Source: a virus. Taken from it: a stretch of DNA of 56,822 bases. Position numbers and translations under genes: made by a program. A model generated the notes under the pieces. It was not told where the DNA came from and made no database searches. It saw nothing but the letters and a program-made list of their open reading frames with translations. Position 1 is the first letter of the stretch, and each line of letters starts with the position of its first letter. Positions 45,401 through 52,141 of this stretch are shown here, one piece after another. Where the stretch lies: UHGV virus genome UHGV-0014949; one strand, given 5' to 3'.

Positions 45401-47923
45401 TACTGGAAGGAAGTTAAGCGAGTGGGCCGGACGATGGGCAACACCTTATCCGGAGGAAGAATCGACAAGGCCAAAGTAGATAAAGACTTAAAGAAAATTG
45501 GCGATTTAATGTTTGAAAATACATTGCTCGACAACTCAGAACGTCACACGGCAAAAGAATTAAAGCAACTAGGCTTTGATGATGAGCAAATCAGCTTGTA
45601 CAACGAAGTACGTGAAGCTATCGACACATCACTTGATACCTTTGCCAACACCACATTTAGTAATATTTATAAGCATCTGGGTGGAACCACCGAGGAAGTG
45701 TTGGAGCTGGCCGGGAAAGACCTAGACATTGTGGACCATTACAATGAGATTCTTAAACGTATTGACGCATTGACCAAGGGCAAGCCGGAAAAGGCAGATG
45801 CTCGACAGGCGGCCATTGAAGCCATTGACCGAGTATTTAAGAAGGCGAACGACCTAAAAGATCAAGGTTACGTTCCGCTTATGCGTTTTGGTAAATATTT
45901 CGTGAGGATCTACAACCCAACCACAGGCGAAGTTGCTTATCGTCAGCACTTTGAAAGTGAATCTGAGCGTAATCTATTTTACAGAAATTATAACAAGGCC
46001 AATATTCCAGCCGGTTACGAGATCGAACAAGGCCAGATCAATGAACTACAGCACAAATTATTCCAAGGTGTAAGTCCTGAAACGGTGGCCTTATTCGCTA
46101 AGGAATCAGGTTTACCAATCGGTGATGCTGAAACGGCTTATATCAAATACGCCGTACAGAATAACCATGCACTTAAACGCTTATTGAAACGCCAAGGTAT
46201 TGACGGCTTTGATAGTGATTTAAAGCGCGTTTTAGCATCGTTTGTTATGTCGAATGCACGTTATTCAGCAAACCAAACCTACAACCCGGCAATTGATGAA
46301 TCAATCGCAGATATTAACGATCCGGCATACCAGGAGGATGCTATCCGGTTGCGTGACTATTCGCTTGATACTCAAGAGGAACTAGCCGCCGTCAAAAACT
46401 TTGCGTTTGTCTGGTATATGGGGTTCTCAGCCATGTTTGGACTGGTGAACTTAACACAGCCACTATTACAGACATTCCCTTATTTAATGCAGTACAGCAA
46501 GGATCATGGAACCATCCTAAAAGCATTTGGCAAAGCTGTTACCACCTGGCGTAAAGGCACAAACGTAATGGACCAGAAGTACAAGGCCCACTATGAGCGT
46601 GCAAGAAAAGAAGGCCACTTGGACCCACAAAACACATGGATGATGCAAGGTTTAGAGCGTGGTAAATCTGGCCTTGGTGCAAGTACCTGGCAATTGGTCA
46701 GCCATGCGTCTGGTTTATTTGCTCAAGCATCTGAAACCGTCAACCGCCGTACTTCATTGTTTGCAGCCTTGGATGTGGCCGAAAGCATGGGGCAAGCCAA
46801 ACTAGAGAAACTAGGCTTTAAAGATGCGTATGATTTCGCCGTCAGAACAATCCAAGAAACCCAAGGTATTTACAACAAAGGTAACAGACCGCGAGTATCC
46901 AGAGGTAATGTCGGTTCCATGCTGATGATGTATAAGCAATTCATGATTGCCTATATCGAACAAATGGTTCGTATGCAGAAATCTGGCTTATACGGCGGTG
47001 ATGATGACGAGTTTAAAAAGAAAATGGCCGGTCTGGTCGGTTTTGGTGTATCCAGATCCGTTTTAACTATGCTGGGAATCTTAATGGCCTTTTCTGGTAC
47101 GTCTGGCTTGCCATTTGTACGCGATATTCTGGACGGTATTGAAACTGCCGGTGGATTGGTCGGAAAGCCTGTTAATACCGAGCGTGAGATTCAAATCGCC
47201 TTGCATGATGCACTTGGGCAGACGATGGGTAGCGCAGTAAATACGGCTCTAATGGATGGTATTGTTAACTTAAATCCATTGATTGACGTTAAGGGCCGTA
47301 TGGGTATGGGTGACTTAATCCCGGCGACTGCATATTTCAGCCCAACCACAAGTGACTATATGAAATCTTCTGAAATTTCACAGATAGCTGGTCCAATTGG
47401 CGGCCTACTTGAAAAAGTGAAGGAATCAGTCGCACTGGCTCAGGTCGGTGCGTATGGGCAATCTGGCGTGCAATTATTGCCGAAAGCGATTACAAGCGTG
47501 GGGCAAGGTGCTATTGCTGCAACGACTGGTGATTATCGCAATATGAAAACTGGCGTTAAGACGAATGATGCCACGGTGCTAGACGGCATAGTTAAGATGC
47601 TTGATGCACAACCAGCCGGTATTGCAAAAGAGGGTCGTGTAAGAGGCTTAGAGATGAAAGACAAATCTTCTCAGATCTACTTAAACAAACGCTGGAAAGA
47701 ACGCTATGAAGCTGCTTTGGAATCTGGGGACCGCACTCAAGTCCGCGACATTAAGCAGCAGATCCGCGACTACAACAAGGAGAATCCACGTTATCCAATC
47801 AAATTTAATCAAAAACTGGCTGAAACGAATTTCAACAAGTCTAACCAGACCTGGCAAGAAAAGCGTAAAACAGTGAAAGGACTAGAGTGGATGAGTGAAT
47901 ACAACCCATATTTAGACCAGTAA
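36413..47923 (+). CDS. giant polyvalent virion protein (3836 aa): amino-MTase + HExxH zincin + PARP-like ART + repeats
   Basis: MTase motif I VLEPSAGMGHI (about 43366-43398) and motif IV IIMNPPFSD (43720-43731). HELGGH at 44249-44266. IMYHGT ... GALLGKGSYFT ... ILLNED (44744-44990) parallels the PARP HGS ... GKGIYFA ... YNE signature. AEAK low-complexity stretch. GTG start with AAGAGG ribosome-binding site. Confidence 0.8.
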   Translation: MNINQHFSNLAAKAAAEGADASQLISQRERLFKDKVIPELTKRGANDTAIVQAREKWYSQTDKVMQSAGLLPKAGQNSRSFAKDKRADKAVQEAAKTGSKLPIIKETIKSTGETIGNLFGQGVGSTIESAAGFVRDIGENEQDSISAKVADYGKNLRKEFEGSASSFQKDLQAGGSGKAAQLATGAIQSVPAMAAPFGVAKIVSKGAGALNATKAAAPYLGMGAGVVAGHTQNYGEVRRNATENLERDFPSWEKLQGNPLFEQNFQEKLNSGLGINQARQQAHAATLDALSEQAANKYGSAMTAIDFIAPSGAVLGSGILKNQPTSQIGKKLVGGGVDSALVKREMQQVPRTGMAKLVPDVSLAANKAAAKMVGKQALEEGLQGGIGEYGAQAASANIGGTPVDYGKVGQTVLEEGLIGGIMGGGMQSATGGSPTSQAKDVAKQLRNQTNTLRQEEASARKELADAMQLNDPAALQSAQDNLNNIGAEASKVKATYDQYGIDTPYFVERFAAQYQPPKQHEQELPVVEPEVQPEVQPEVQPQPTEQPQATPINQGMANTTNLVMDSVSNGYITPEEAQVIQTDPIRADVFTLTMTGDEAAAHNVVMNAVTLGNIDTNQAQELIQSITRYSQAKAPKKPSVSSIVNNHVKQQIHPQDKGLFSNPVELDPKTFEPIDPNQPSPFQEDFNEPKEFYNAAKANDYVRINGLTDSHDIEIADDGTLKVVKKQGIIPDDPNLSNFGYEPERIVQPTPADPNLSNFSEGLVSVDSLNADNVPDIIDPEEVQQPVQPIPTAQPDHNKPKTFTNYVRANDFVKTNGLKDSHEIINKGEGQVIVQPKSAASIEDFGSDQAFDDMLNAVPPTRTPAKNPVEPVQAADPATDFDSDEAFDELLNAVPPSGKQTDPAQPTASFADQIRDAHLNKPSDKPKLIQDEVAKGRPRAEVLAEVSDVVKAISTTTTPELKTDTPELAPEEKPLSFEEEKEKQKQEYLQKVRDAYAKDPASVKQVIDKEVPIIGNFKDRLLNIAEATGIVENLKKQNKQVDEQKTGGNGIQEIDSPEGMKSGDIGRGSDGKPFLSKNAANRGLKLRDVEKTHEVFEISPSNFVLRAKETVPEVDKPQESDNPYQKYDDLAKQYGRSIKSDGTIVARNGQDTAFKIQEKNGRLHIKDVLGNLAFSGATTPESLSNFLEDYWYDKKQQNSQKDQTAGDSAVLETPAPQKMKKGDLGRKSDNQPFASASAAKTTIKKQGLDNSHEVIQLAPSQFVLRHKDAGEPLHKALTEKYGNTDVVRDGDKFTIKGDPEATITIEGDKAQLSMDGETLKGGYDVTNADKTVDYFSDYIRSGRSRNALKASQKIAEEAKKLNAAKPKPEPENKPDTGISVDELKRLQMEAEALINKSKQVSDPLEFPLDKVKEAYGHAHLSPGNTARSFKESFDKFIQAEIDDAQALATTEAQQTALDEAIDWVKDNYINEALPPLLNAASATVSSARAGRNNFNSKQADQRGSALDKATAKFDAELERLKGYTKLKVLAARTPKQKQADAEAEAEAKAQAAKDAAAQAKVEAKTKAEEEAKASKKRASNQHLGSPEGAEQMTAAEWRAKHKDGKSVIDGVRYVMKLVNGATSLVPVWITDEKGTTSKAPATETPNESSYESIKKHFDDTVERMDDGDESLTLDELKAAYKALMDNQESLVSELSSQTKQQLLDKMHPYYAAMYKSHKKDELVNKWVSNTFRAMDFASGGVVTISYGDKRTMPEIVRDKIEAATQEDLNKYLEEQRQAKIQREKDLEAAEAGMNDPKTMDDFKRIYANGDFKDFKDFYRSLTIPQQALYDELKSDAYNEQRMQEIERNKAYREASNPSHAVESTTEATLFAGKHTKKGTDIWTVALNGRVDGDAFNDYRSQAKGLGGYYSSYKGGGAVPGFIFDNEATANEFLNLVTGDHEAKSTDPEPEAIAVDPQAEVEVIETDAKRQADKLREKAQAVIDRGEQNINRDRKTNTAKRAGDAARAEERANSAIFLGETLNRIADGIENGSVKYLSRLGAMTQLSHLESLLQRASYDQQRETNAKEREITATTIAYAEFPQYKTWTDSFNNIRSDLKAANPRLAEKLEKTIGIRYHNAYTRWLNETNEFGTENYVGQLARKSDGSPAVFKTNIKQAETLVKASNKRAGKDSFEVFKIKNGEYAVISSYETAMENGSWKPTNSDKQMTLTNEFGSELYNALKQYKRKNPSYYMNWLIESMHDSVSRMEKLGIHDPATFRAAMREYLSLRSKEKANDPIKEMERSMIGRSNDGLDFFPTPRNVVEQMIEMADLDSDMKVLEPSAGMGHIADVLKDHGIKPDVIELSGKRQDLLKLKGYSVVGNDFLMFDPKNRAPNYGDVFKTADGKYQGVMRGSGSLGSNRVRLMREDDGQMITYFDRDELELVKMNGVNYDRIIMNPPFSDRRDAAHIYHAFDLLADDGVMVAIAGEGVFFGKDKAAKEFQDWLDQVGAEITPLDAGTFNDPSLPVTTGVKARIIKINKADSSGKRFSRSEDLNQVPAHVKENTSGSTPDQIRTELVNRFGEDTIQQLEQKGILSIVPTHTEQGVEGFAENGRVTLVADAITAENIVPVFLHELGGHIGMQGVLKASAYDNLMSEFNRLVKSGNPDAIEAKRLAERESDAQVQSDEYLPYLITITARNQQNQGPAQRLINRVLSAVKAWAVDRLGLNLKLSPSDMVALAERMVKTVSKGTPPTPPKGGKKAPSVNKHVDRSNQTETAAFKSWFNGSKVVDSNGSPLIMYHGTPKSFNQFNTNESGALLGKGSYFTAALSEASAYADSKSPMQTYLSIQNPYYVNSVMDQVPSRKELKDLGHDGVILLNEDKTVKWAVAHEPTQIKSATANSGTFDSSHPDIRYSRSSTANPQNMSRTKQREFLDKAAATAFGQMSLRGAEASKTLSNRTLNLFQTMLHKALKDETGEFKKTFDLVQGKINHVTFASSKSMDVAPNVLIQLEEGSDYWKEVKRVGRTMGNTLSGGRIDKAKVDKDLKKIGDLMFENTLLDNSERHTAKELKQLGFDDEQISLYNEVREAIDTSLDTFANTTFSNIYKHLGGTTEEVLELAGKDLDIVDHYNEILKRIDALTKGKPEKADARQAAIEAIDRVFKKANDLKDQGYVPLMRFGKYFVRIYNPTTGEVAYRQHFESESERNLFYRNYNKANIPAGYEIEQGQINELQHKLFQGVSPETVALFAKESGLPIGDAETAYIKYAVQNNHALKRLLKRQGIDGFDSDLKRVLASFVMSNARYSANQTYNPAIDESIADINDPAYQEDAIRLRDYSLDTQEELAAVKNFAFVWYMGFSAMFGLVNLTQPLLQTFPYLMQYSKDHGTILKAFGKAVTTWRKGTNVMDQKYKAHYERARKEGHLDPQNTWMMQGLERGKSGLGASTWQLVSHASGLFAQASETVNRRTSLFAALDVAESMGQAKLEKLGFKDAYDFAVRTIQETQGIYNKGNRPRVSRGNVGSMLMMYKQFMIAYIEQMVRMQKSGLYGGDDDEFKKKMAGLVGFGVSRSVLTMLGILMAFSGTSGLPFVRDILDGIETAGGLVGKPVNTEREIQIALHDALGQTMGSAVNTALMDGIVNLNPLIDVKGRMGMGDLIPATAYFSPTTSDYMKSSEISQIAGPIGGLLEKVKESVALAQVGAYGQSGVQLLPKAITSVGQGAIAATTGDYRNMKTGVKTNDATVLDGIVKMLDAQPAGIAKEGRVRGLEMKDKSSQIYLNKRWKERYEAALESGDRTQVRDIKQQIRDYNKENPRYPIKFNQKLAETNFNKSNQTWQEKRKTVKGLEWMSEYNPYLDQ

Positions 47924-47924
47924 T

Positions 47925-47955
47925 AAAAAAGCGCCCACGAATGGGCGCTTTTTTC
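47925..47955 (+). terminator. rho-independent terminator after polyvalent protein gene
   Basis: GCGCCCA-cgaa-TGGGCGC plus TTTTTT. Confidence 0.8.
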
Positions 47956-48147
47956 AAGATTTACGCTTAAATATGGCAGTCTAAACGGCTTCTTGGCGAA
48001 GAACCTTAAAATATAACTGATAAAATATAAATATCAATTGTTTTTTATAAAATATATAAATAATTATTAAATTAACTTTTATTAACTTATATTTTTAAAT
48101 ATACTCGTTCAACCCTCCTTGGAATATCTCAGAGTATTTCAGGTTTA

Positions 48148-48186
48148 AGTCTGTTAAACGGCCTATACGTCTAACAGACTCTTTTT
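48148..48186 (+). terminator. terminator-like hairpin immediately 5' of tRNA
   Basis: AGTCTGTTA-N15-TAACAGACT plus CTTTTT. Ends 1 nt before the tRNA. Confidence 0.4.
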
Positions 48187-48259
48187 GCGTCAGTAGCTCA
48201 GTGGATAGAGCAACAGCCTTCTAAGCTGTTTGTCACTGGTTCAAATCCAGTCTGACGCG
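48187..48259 (+). tRNA. tRNA-Arg (anticodon TCT)
   Basis: Cloverleaf folded by hand: acceptor GCGTCAG/CTGACGC, D-stem GCTC/GAGC, anticodon stem ACAGC/GCTGT with loop CTTCTAA, T-stem ACTGG/CCAGT with loop TTCAAAT. Discriminator G, no encoded CCA. Confidence 0.85.
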
Positions 48260-48569
48260 CATCGTAACCGATCTGACGAGCTAGTGAGATTCTAGCGAAA
48301 CCTTTTAGGTCATCGGACTTTACGCCACCGGAACTGCATGAAACCGGTGAGGACTGCCAGAGGAATGCGTAATACAGTCTGGACGGCATAGCACGTTATT
48401 GGTCGTAGATAACAGTAGCCCGACCATAAAGCCGCTATGGGTATTTACCTGTTAGAGAATGTAAATCAAGCTTAGTTGGTTATGTTGGAGAAAACCCTAA
48501 ACCGCTTACTTGCAGCGTAAAGCAAGATGACAGCCTGGAACAGACAGGCACCTAATTTCTAGTTTATAA
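48260..48569 (+). ncRNA. candidate structured non-coding RNA region downstream of tRNA-Arg
   Basis: About 310 nt with no ORF over 17 codons. GC higher than flanks. Several 5-6 bp hairpins (CACCGG/CCGGTG, GGTCG/CGACC, CTTGC/GCAAG, GCCTG/CAGGC). Ends at the terminator 48570-48608. Confidence 0.3.
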
Positions 48570-48608
48570 ATCCCCTGGCTCACCTATTTGGATCAGGGTT
48601 TTTTTTAT
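48570..48608 (+). terminator. rho-independent terminator closing the tRNA/non-coding unit
   Basis: CCCTGG ... TCAGGG stem followed by T9. Confidence 0.65.
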
Positions 48609-48683
48609 CCTTTCTATTGGGCTTAGGCAAAAATAACTTATAATTATTTATCAATATTCTTATATTTTTTTAAAGGTGTAACC

Positions 48684-48977
48684 ATGTCTAAAGTTCTTAT
48701 CGCTGTCACCATTGCACAAGCCGTTGGGAGTATTTTGGATGCTATTCAGTATGGCCGTCAATTCTACCAGCAAACCGTTAGTTTTATGGATTCCATGCAG
48801 ATTAAAGGCGGCTTATCCGGTGCAGATAAAAAGAAAGCTGTACTGGCTAAAATGAAAGAGATTATCCTGGGAGAAAACGAGGACTGGGATCGTTGGCATT
48901 TGGGGTTATCTAATTTTATTGACCGGATCAAGTCCACATACAATGACTTTAAGACGCTATTTCCTAAATTAGCCTGA
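48684..48977 (+). CDS. hypothetical protein (97 aa)
   Basis: ORF track. Own terminator at 48985-49017. Confidence 0.45.
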   Translation: MSKVLIAVTIAQAVGSILDAIQYGRQFYQQTVSFMDSMQIKGGLSGADKKKAVLAKMKEIILGENEDWDRWHLGLSNFIDRIKSTYNDFKTLFPKLA

Positions 48978-48984
48978 TTTTAGT

Positions 48985-49017
48985 CAAAAAAAGCCAGCAT
49001 TTAAGCTGGCTTTTTTG
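48985..49017 (+). terminator. rho-independent terminator
   Basis: GCCAGC-atttaa-GCTGGC plus TTTTTT. Confidence 0.7.
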
Positions 49018-49062
49018 GTTATGATGATTAGTAAATTTTTATCATAAAAACAGGATGAAATT

Positions 49063-49341
49063 ATGGGGCTTATCATTTCGGTTATTCTGGCGGTTATATC
49101 GTACTTTGTAGCCAAAGGCTTTGCGAGTTCAAAACCAGAAGTGGCAGATTGGTCCGTAAATAAGAAACAGGCTCTATCACTGGCTTGGTTCGTTATGAGT
49201 GTTCTCATTATGACCTTGGTTAAAGTGGTAATTCAGCCAGACGTGGCTATTGAACAGCAGATCCTTGGTAGTGTGGGTATATCTGTTATCTTTGGCATGA
49301 TCTTCTACCAAGGATTAAAACCGAAAAAACAGACTGCATAA
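49063..49341 (+). CDS. small membrane protein (92 aa, 3 predicted TM)
   Basis: MGLIISVILAVISYFVAKGF ... SLAWFVMSVLIMTLVKVVI ... SVGISVIFGMIFY. Followed by the bidirectional terminator at 49345-49375. Confidence 0.45.
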   Translation: MGLIISVILAVISYFVAKGFASSKPEVADWSVNKKQALSLAWFVMSVLIMTLVKVVIQPDVAIEQQILGSVGISVIFGMIFYQGLKPKKQTA

Positions 49342-49344
49342 GAC

Positions 49345-49375
49345 TAAAAAAGGCCAGCTTAATGCTGGCCTTTTC
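49345..49375. terminator. bidirectional terminator between convergent genes
   Basis: AAAAAA-GGCCAGC-ttaat-GCTGGCC-TTTT. Confidence 0.7.
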
Positions 49376-49385
49376 GATTCGTGCG

Positions 49386-49769
49386 TTAAACGCTATGTCC
49401 TTGTTTCTTAAGTTCGCGCTTGGTGTATTCATCCAAGGCTTCAATTAATAGCGCCGTTTTATTCGTTTTACGTCCTAAACCACGTGATTTTTTCGTACCA
49501 ACCAAGTAGTCCAGGCGCAATACTAATTCCATAGGGATGTTGTAAGACCCCTTCTCAGTCACAACCATCAATTCATCCTCAGACATGCTGGTCCCAGCAC
49601 GCCAAGGTTTTACAGCTTCAACCGGATTCGTTTGTTCAACTTGAATCGTTTGCAAAGGTGCAGCGTTAATAACTTCTTCCGGGCTTTTTTCAGCTTGGGC
49701 AGGTTTACGTGCTTCGGTAGCTTGCGCCCGGCGTGGGTTCGCTGGAATATCAGTCATTATTTTCACCAT
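49386..49769 (-). CDS. partition adaptor protein (ParG/ParB-like small DNA-binding partner of ParA)
   Basis: 127 aa, basic N-terminus. Translationally coupled (ATGACTGA) to the upstream parA. Call by position. Confidence 0.45.
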   Translation of the reverse strand: MVKIMTDIPANPRRAQATEARKPAQAEKSPEEVINAAPLQTIQVEQTNPVEAVKPWRAGTSMSEDELMVVTEKGSYNIPMELVLRLDYLVGTKKSRGLGRKTNKTALLIEALDEYTKRELKKQGHSV

Positions 49770-50412
49770 AAATAAAGTTAAACAAAGTTAAGAACTCATT
49801 TTGAGCAATTTCAATATATTTCGTTTCATTGCGCTTAATTGGCTTTAGATCCAATAGACCGATACCCTCATCGAAAGCTCTTGTGTACCAGACACGATCA
49901 CCAATAACAGTTGGACAAGGTTGAACTAACGGATCGTTAATAATCTCAGTAATTGCCCGATCAAGTTCTGGTGATGATGTGTGGTGCGGTGCTTTAGTAA
50001 CAACACCGTACACTTTAGGCAGGTTATCTGGACGCATTTGCTCGATTGTTTCTGCTACTTTTCGCAGACCTTCAATGTTTGAAGTGGAACCCACCAATAA
50101 AGGGATGAGAATTACATCGGCAATACTAATAGCTTGACGGTATTCAGTGTTATCGAAACCACCAGCATCAATTACCACTTCGTCATAATCATCTGCAATT
50201 TTGGCAATCTGGTCGCGAACATCACCAGATAAAAAGTAAAACTTACCATCTATCTCAGTGCGGTTTTTACTCCATTCAGCCGATGCAGCCTTATTTACAG
50301 AATCCAGATCCACACCAACAACACCCTTATCTTTCGCTAAAGCAGCAAGAATTGAAGTCGCTAAAGATGTTTTTCCGACACCGCCTTTCGTGTTCGCAAT
50401 TAAAGTAATCAT
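49750..50412 (-). CDS. parA: ParA/Soj-family partition ATPase (small type Ib)
   Basis: Deviant Walker A TKGGVGKTSLAT near the N-terminus. 220 aa. Confidence 0.8.
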   Translation of the reverse strand: MITLIANTKGGVGKTSLATSILAALAKDKGVVGVDLDSVNKAASAEWSKNRTEIDGKFYFLSGDVRDQIAKIADDYDEVVIDAGGFDNTEYRQAISIADVILIPLLVGSTSNIEGLRKVAETIEQMRPDNLPKVYGVVTKAPHHTSSPELDRAITEIINDPLVQPCPTVIGDRVWYTRAFDEGIGLLDLKPIKRNETKYIEIAQNEFLTLFNFIYGENND

Positions 50413-50620
50413 TTATATATTTCCATGTGTGTGTGAATATTGCCGTATGTGCATTATACCTACCAGATATACAGCTATCAATACAGCCAGATATAAATAT
50501 AACTAACCTTAAATATATGAAACCTTATATATAGCCATTTTTATAGTTATATATCTATCAATATGTATGGTTATATATATGTATTATATAATACATATAT
50601 ATTATTTTAGCTACTGTAAG
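50413..50620. repeat. AT-rich reiterated TATATAT(A/C)-type repeats plus CCAGATATA x2 upstream of parA (candidate centromere/par promoter)
   Basis: Repeated cttatatatag, gttatatatct, ggttatatatatg, attatataatac, catatatatta units, and CCAGATATA at about 50464 and 50489. Confidence 0.35.
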
Positions 50621-51202
50621 TCATTGACTTAGTTTAATTACTTTCTCTTTTAATAGATTTGGGTCTGACGCAAAGTATTCCTGAGTTGTTGTAATACTAG
50701 AATGCCCCATGAGTTGCTGAATTGAATAAATATCAACATTATGTCTAATTAATCGAGTAGCAAATGAGCGCCGTCCACTATGAGAAGTCCCATTTATACC
50801 GGCTTTCTTGTATAAATTACCGATCATTCTTTGCATGGTATTGGCTGTAAAAGGTTGTAATTTTTGTGATAAAAATAACGGTGCTTCCGGCCCTGAATCC
50901 TCCCTTGAAAGGATATATTCAAGCATGATATTTCTGGCCGTTGTGTCCAGTAGGAAAACTTCACGGTATTTATTACCCTTGGTGTATGCAGCTAAAAGCC
51001 GGATCGTATCCCTGAGTATGTGATTTCTAAAATCGTACACATCACCCATTTTAAGTGAAGCCATTTCCTTGGCACGCAAACCCATAAAATGAGAAGCCAG
51101 TAACACAGCTTGGTTTCTTACTGAGTTTTTACCCTTTAGGCTTTTAAGTGTGAGTTGCAGATCACTTTCAGAAATATATGCAGCTTTGCCTGATTTTTTC
51201 AT
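50621..51202 (-). CDS. minimal tyrosine recombinase (catalytic domain only, 193 aa)
   Basis: R in GLRAKE, HSGRRSFAT (H-x-x-R) and LMGHSSITTTQEY (H ... Y) give the R-H-R-Y set. No N-terminal core-binding domain. FimB/FimE-size. Confidence 0.75.
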   Translation of the reverse strand: MKKSGKAAYISESDLQLTLKSLKGKNSVRNQAVLLASHFMGLRAKEMASLKMGDVYDFRNHILRDTIRLLAAYTKGNKYREVFLLDTTARNIMLEYILSREDSGPEAPLFLSQKLQPFTANTMQRMIGNLYKKAGINGTSHSGRRSFATRLIRHNVDIYSIQQLMGHSSITTTQEYFASDPNLLKEKVIKLSQ

Positions 51203-51257
51203 AAATCACCCCATCGTATTTTTCATGAAACAGTAGTTAGACCCTGCAAAAACATTT

Positions 51258-51506
51258 TCATGCACGTACAGCGTGTTGCTGACCTATTGATGTGCTGGCG
51301 TTATTTAGGATTAGCTGCATTTGTCGCCCCGAAAATGGGGGAATCAAACCAAATCCTTTTAGGCCGTTAACCTCCCTTTGTATGAATACTTTTGCAGCTT
51401 CTAGGTCTAGTCCAGGGTTCATTATTATTAAGGTTTCTATGAGTTCTTTCTCTTGCTTGTTGATCATCCGTAAATTCCTAATTAATAATCTAAAATTCAT
51501 GCTCAT
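51258..51506 (-). CDS. hypothetical small protein (82 aa), possible regulator
   Basis: ORF track. Sits between the recombinase and the twin terminators. Confidence 0.4.
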   Translation of the reverse strand: MSMNFRLLIRNLRMINKQEKELIETLIIMNPGLDLEAAKVFIQREVNGLKGFGLIPPFSGRQMQLILNNASTSIGQQHAVRA

Positions 51507-51527
51507 AATAATCCTAAATACAATAAT

Positions 51528-51558
51528 GCCCTAAAATGTCTATTTTAGGGCATTTTTA
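51528..51558. terminator. hairpin terminator 1 of a tandem pair downstream of MTase operon
   Basis: GCCCTAAAA-tgtcta-TTTTAGGGC perfect 9-bp stem with flanking T/A runs. Confidence 0.55.
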
Positions 51559-51571
51559 TAGGCAAAATAAG

Positions 51572-51597
51572 TACCGCCGAAGCGGTAGCTATTTTTT
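51572..51597. terminator. hairpin terminator 2 of tandem pair
   Basis: TACCGC-cgaa-GCGGTA plus TATTTTTT. Confidence 0.55.
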
Positions 51598-51599
51598 AA

Positions 51600-52139
51600 T
51601 TAATTTCTTGCCAGGTGATATGTGTTGGCTAGTGCTTTCTTACGTTCACGCACCAGATGTACAGCCATATCCAATGAAATCTCATCAACAAACTTTGTTA
51701 CTAGTAATTTTTCCGGAAGTCTACGCCAGGCTTCTTCTGATACGCCATAGGCGACATTGCCAGAAATAGATTTATAGCGCATGTGCATAGCACCGGATAA
51801 TTCATCTATTCTTGCATCCGCCTGATACGTGTCGATATAGCACAGGGAATATTGAACAGCACTGATTACCGGATTCATATCGCCAAATGAGTAGCGCGAT
51901 GTTTGTCTTTTTGGGTATTCATAACGTTCACGTATTTCTTTAACTTCTGCCGTTTGCACTGGCAAAGTGGCAAAGTGTTCGCCTAAGACTTCTGCGGTGA
52001 GATTAATCACTTCATTCGCTTGGCATAAATCATGGTTAAGTGAGCTGATATGTTCTATATGCTGCTCAAGTAGCTTTTCTTGCGACTGGATCTGGTTACG
52101 CATAGCGCGTTTTTGATTGCGTCCAAAACGTCTCGCCAT
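51600..52139 (-). CDS. hypothetical protein (179 aa), third gene of MTase operon
   Basis: ORF track. ATGA-coupled to 52142-52687. Confidence 0.45.
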   Translation of the reverse strand: MARRFGRNQKRAMRNQIQSQEKLLEQHIEHISSLNHDLCQANEVINLTAEVLGEHFATLPVQTAEVKEIRERYEYPKRQTSRYSFGDMNPVISAVQYSLCYIDTYQADARIDELSGAMHMRYKSISGNVAYGVSEEAWRRLPEKLLVTKFVDEISLDMAVHLVRERKKALANTYHLARN

Positions 52140-52141
52140 TG

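Noticed and set aside
48198-48389. Minus-strand 63 aa ORF
   Set aside because: It overlaps the tRNA-Arg gene and the structured non-coding region. A tRNA cloverleaf explains the sequence better.
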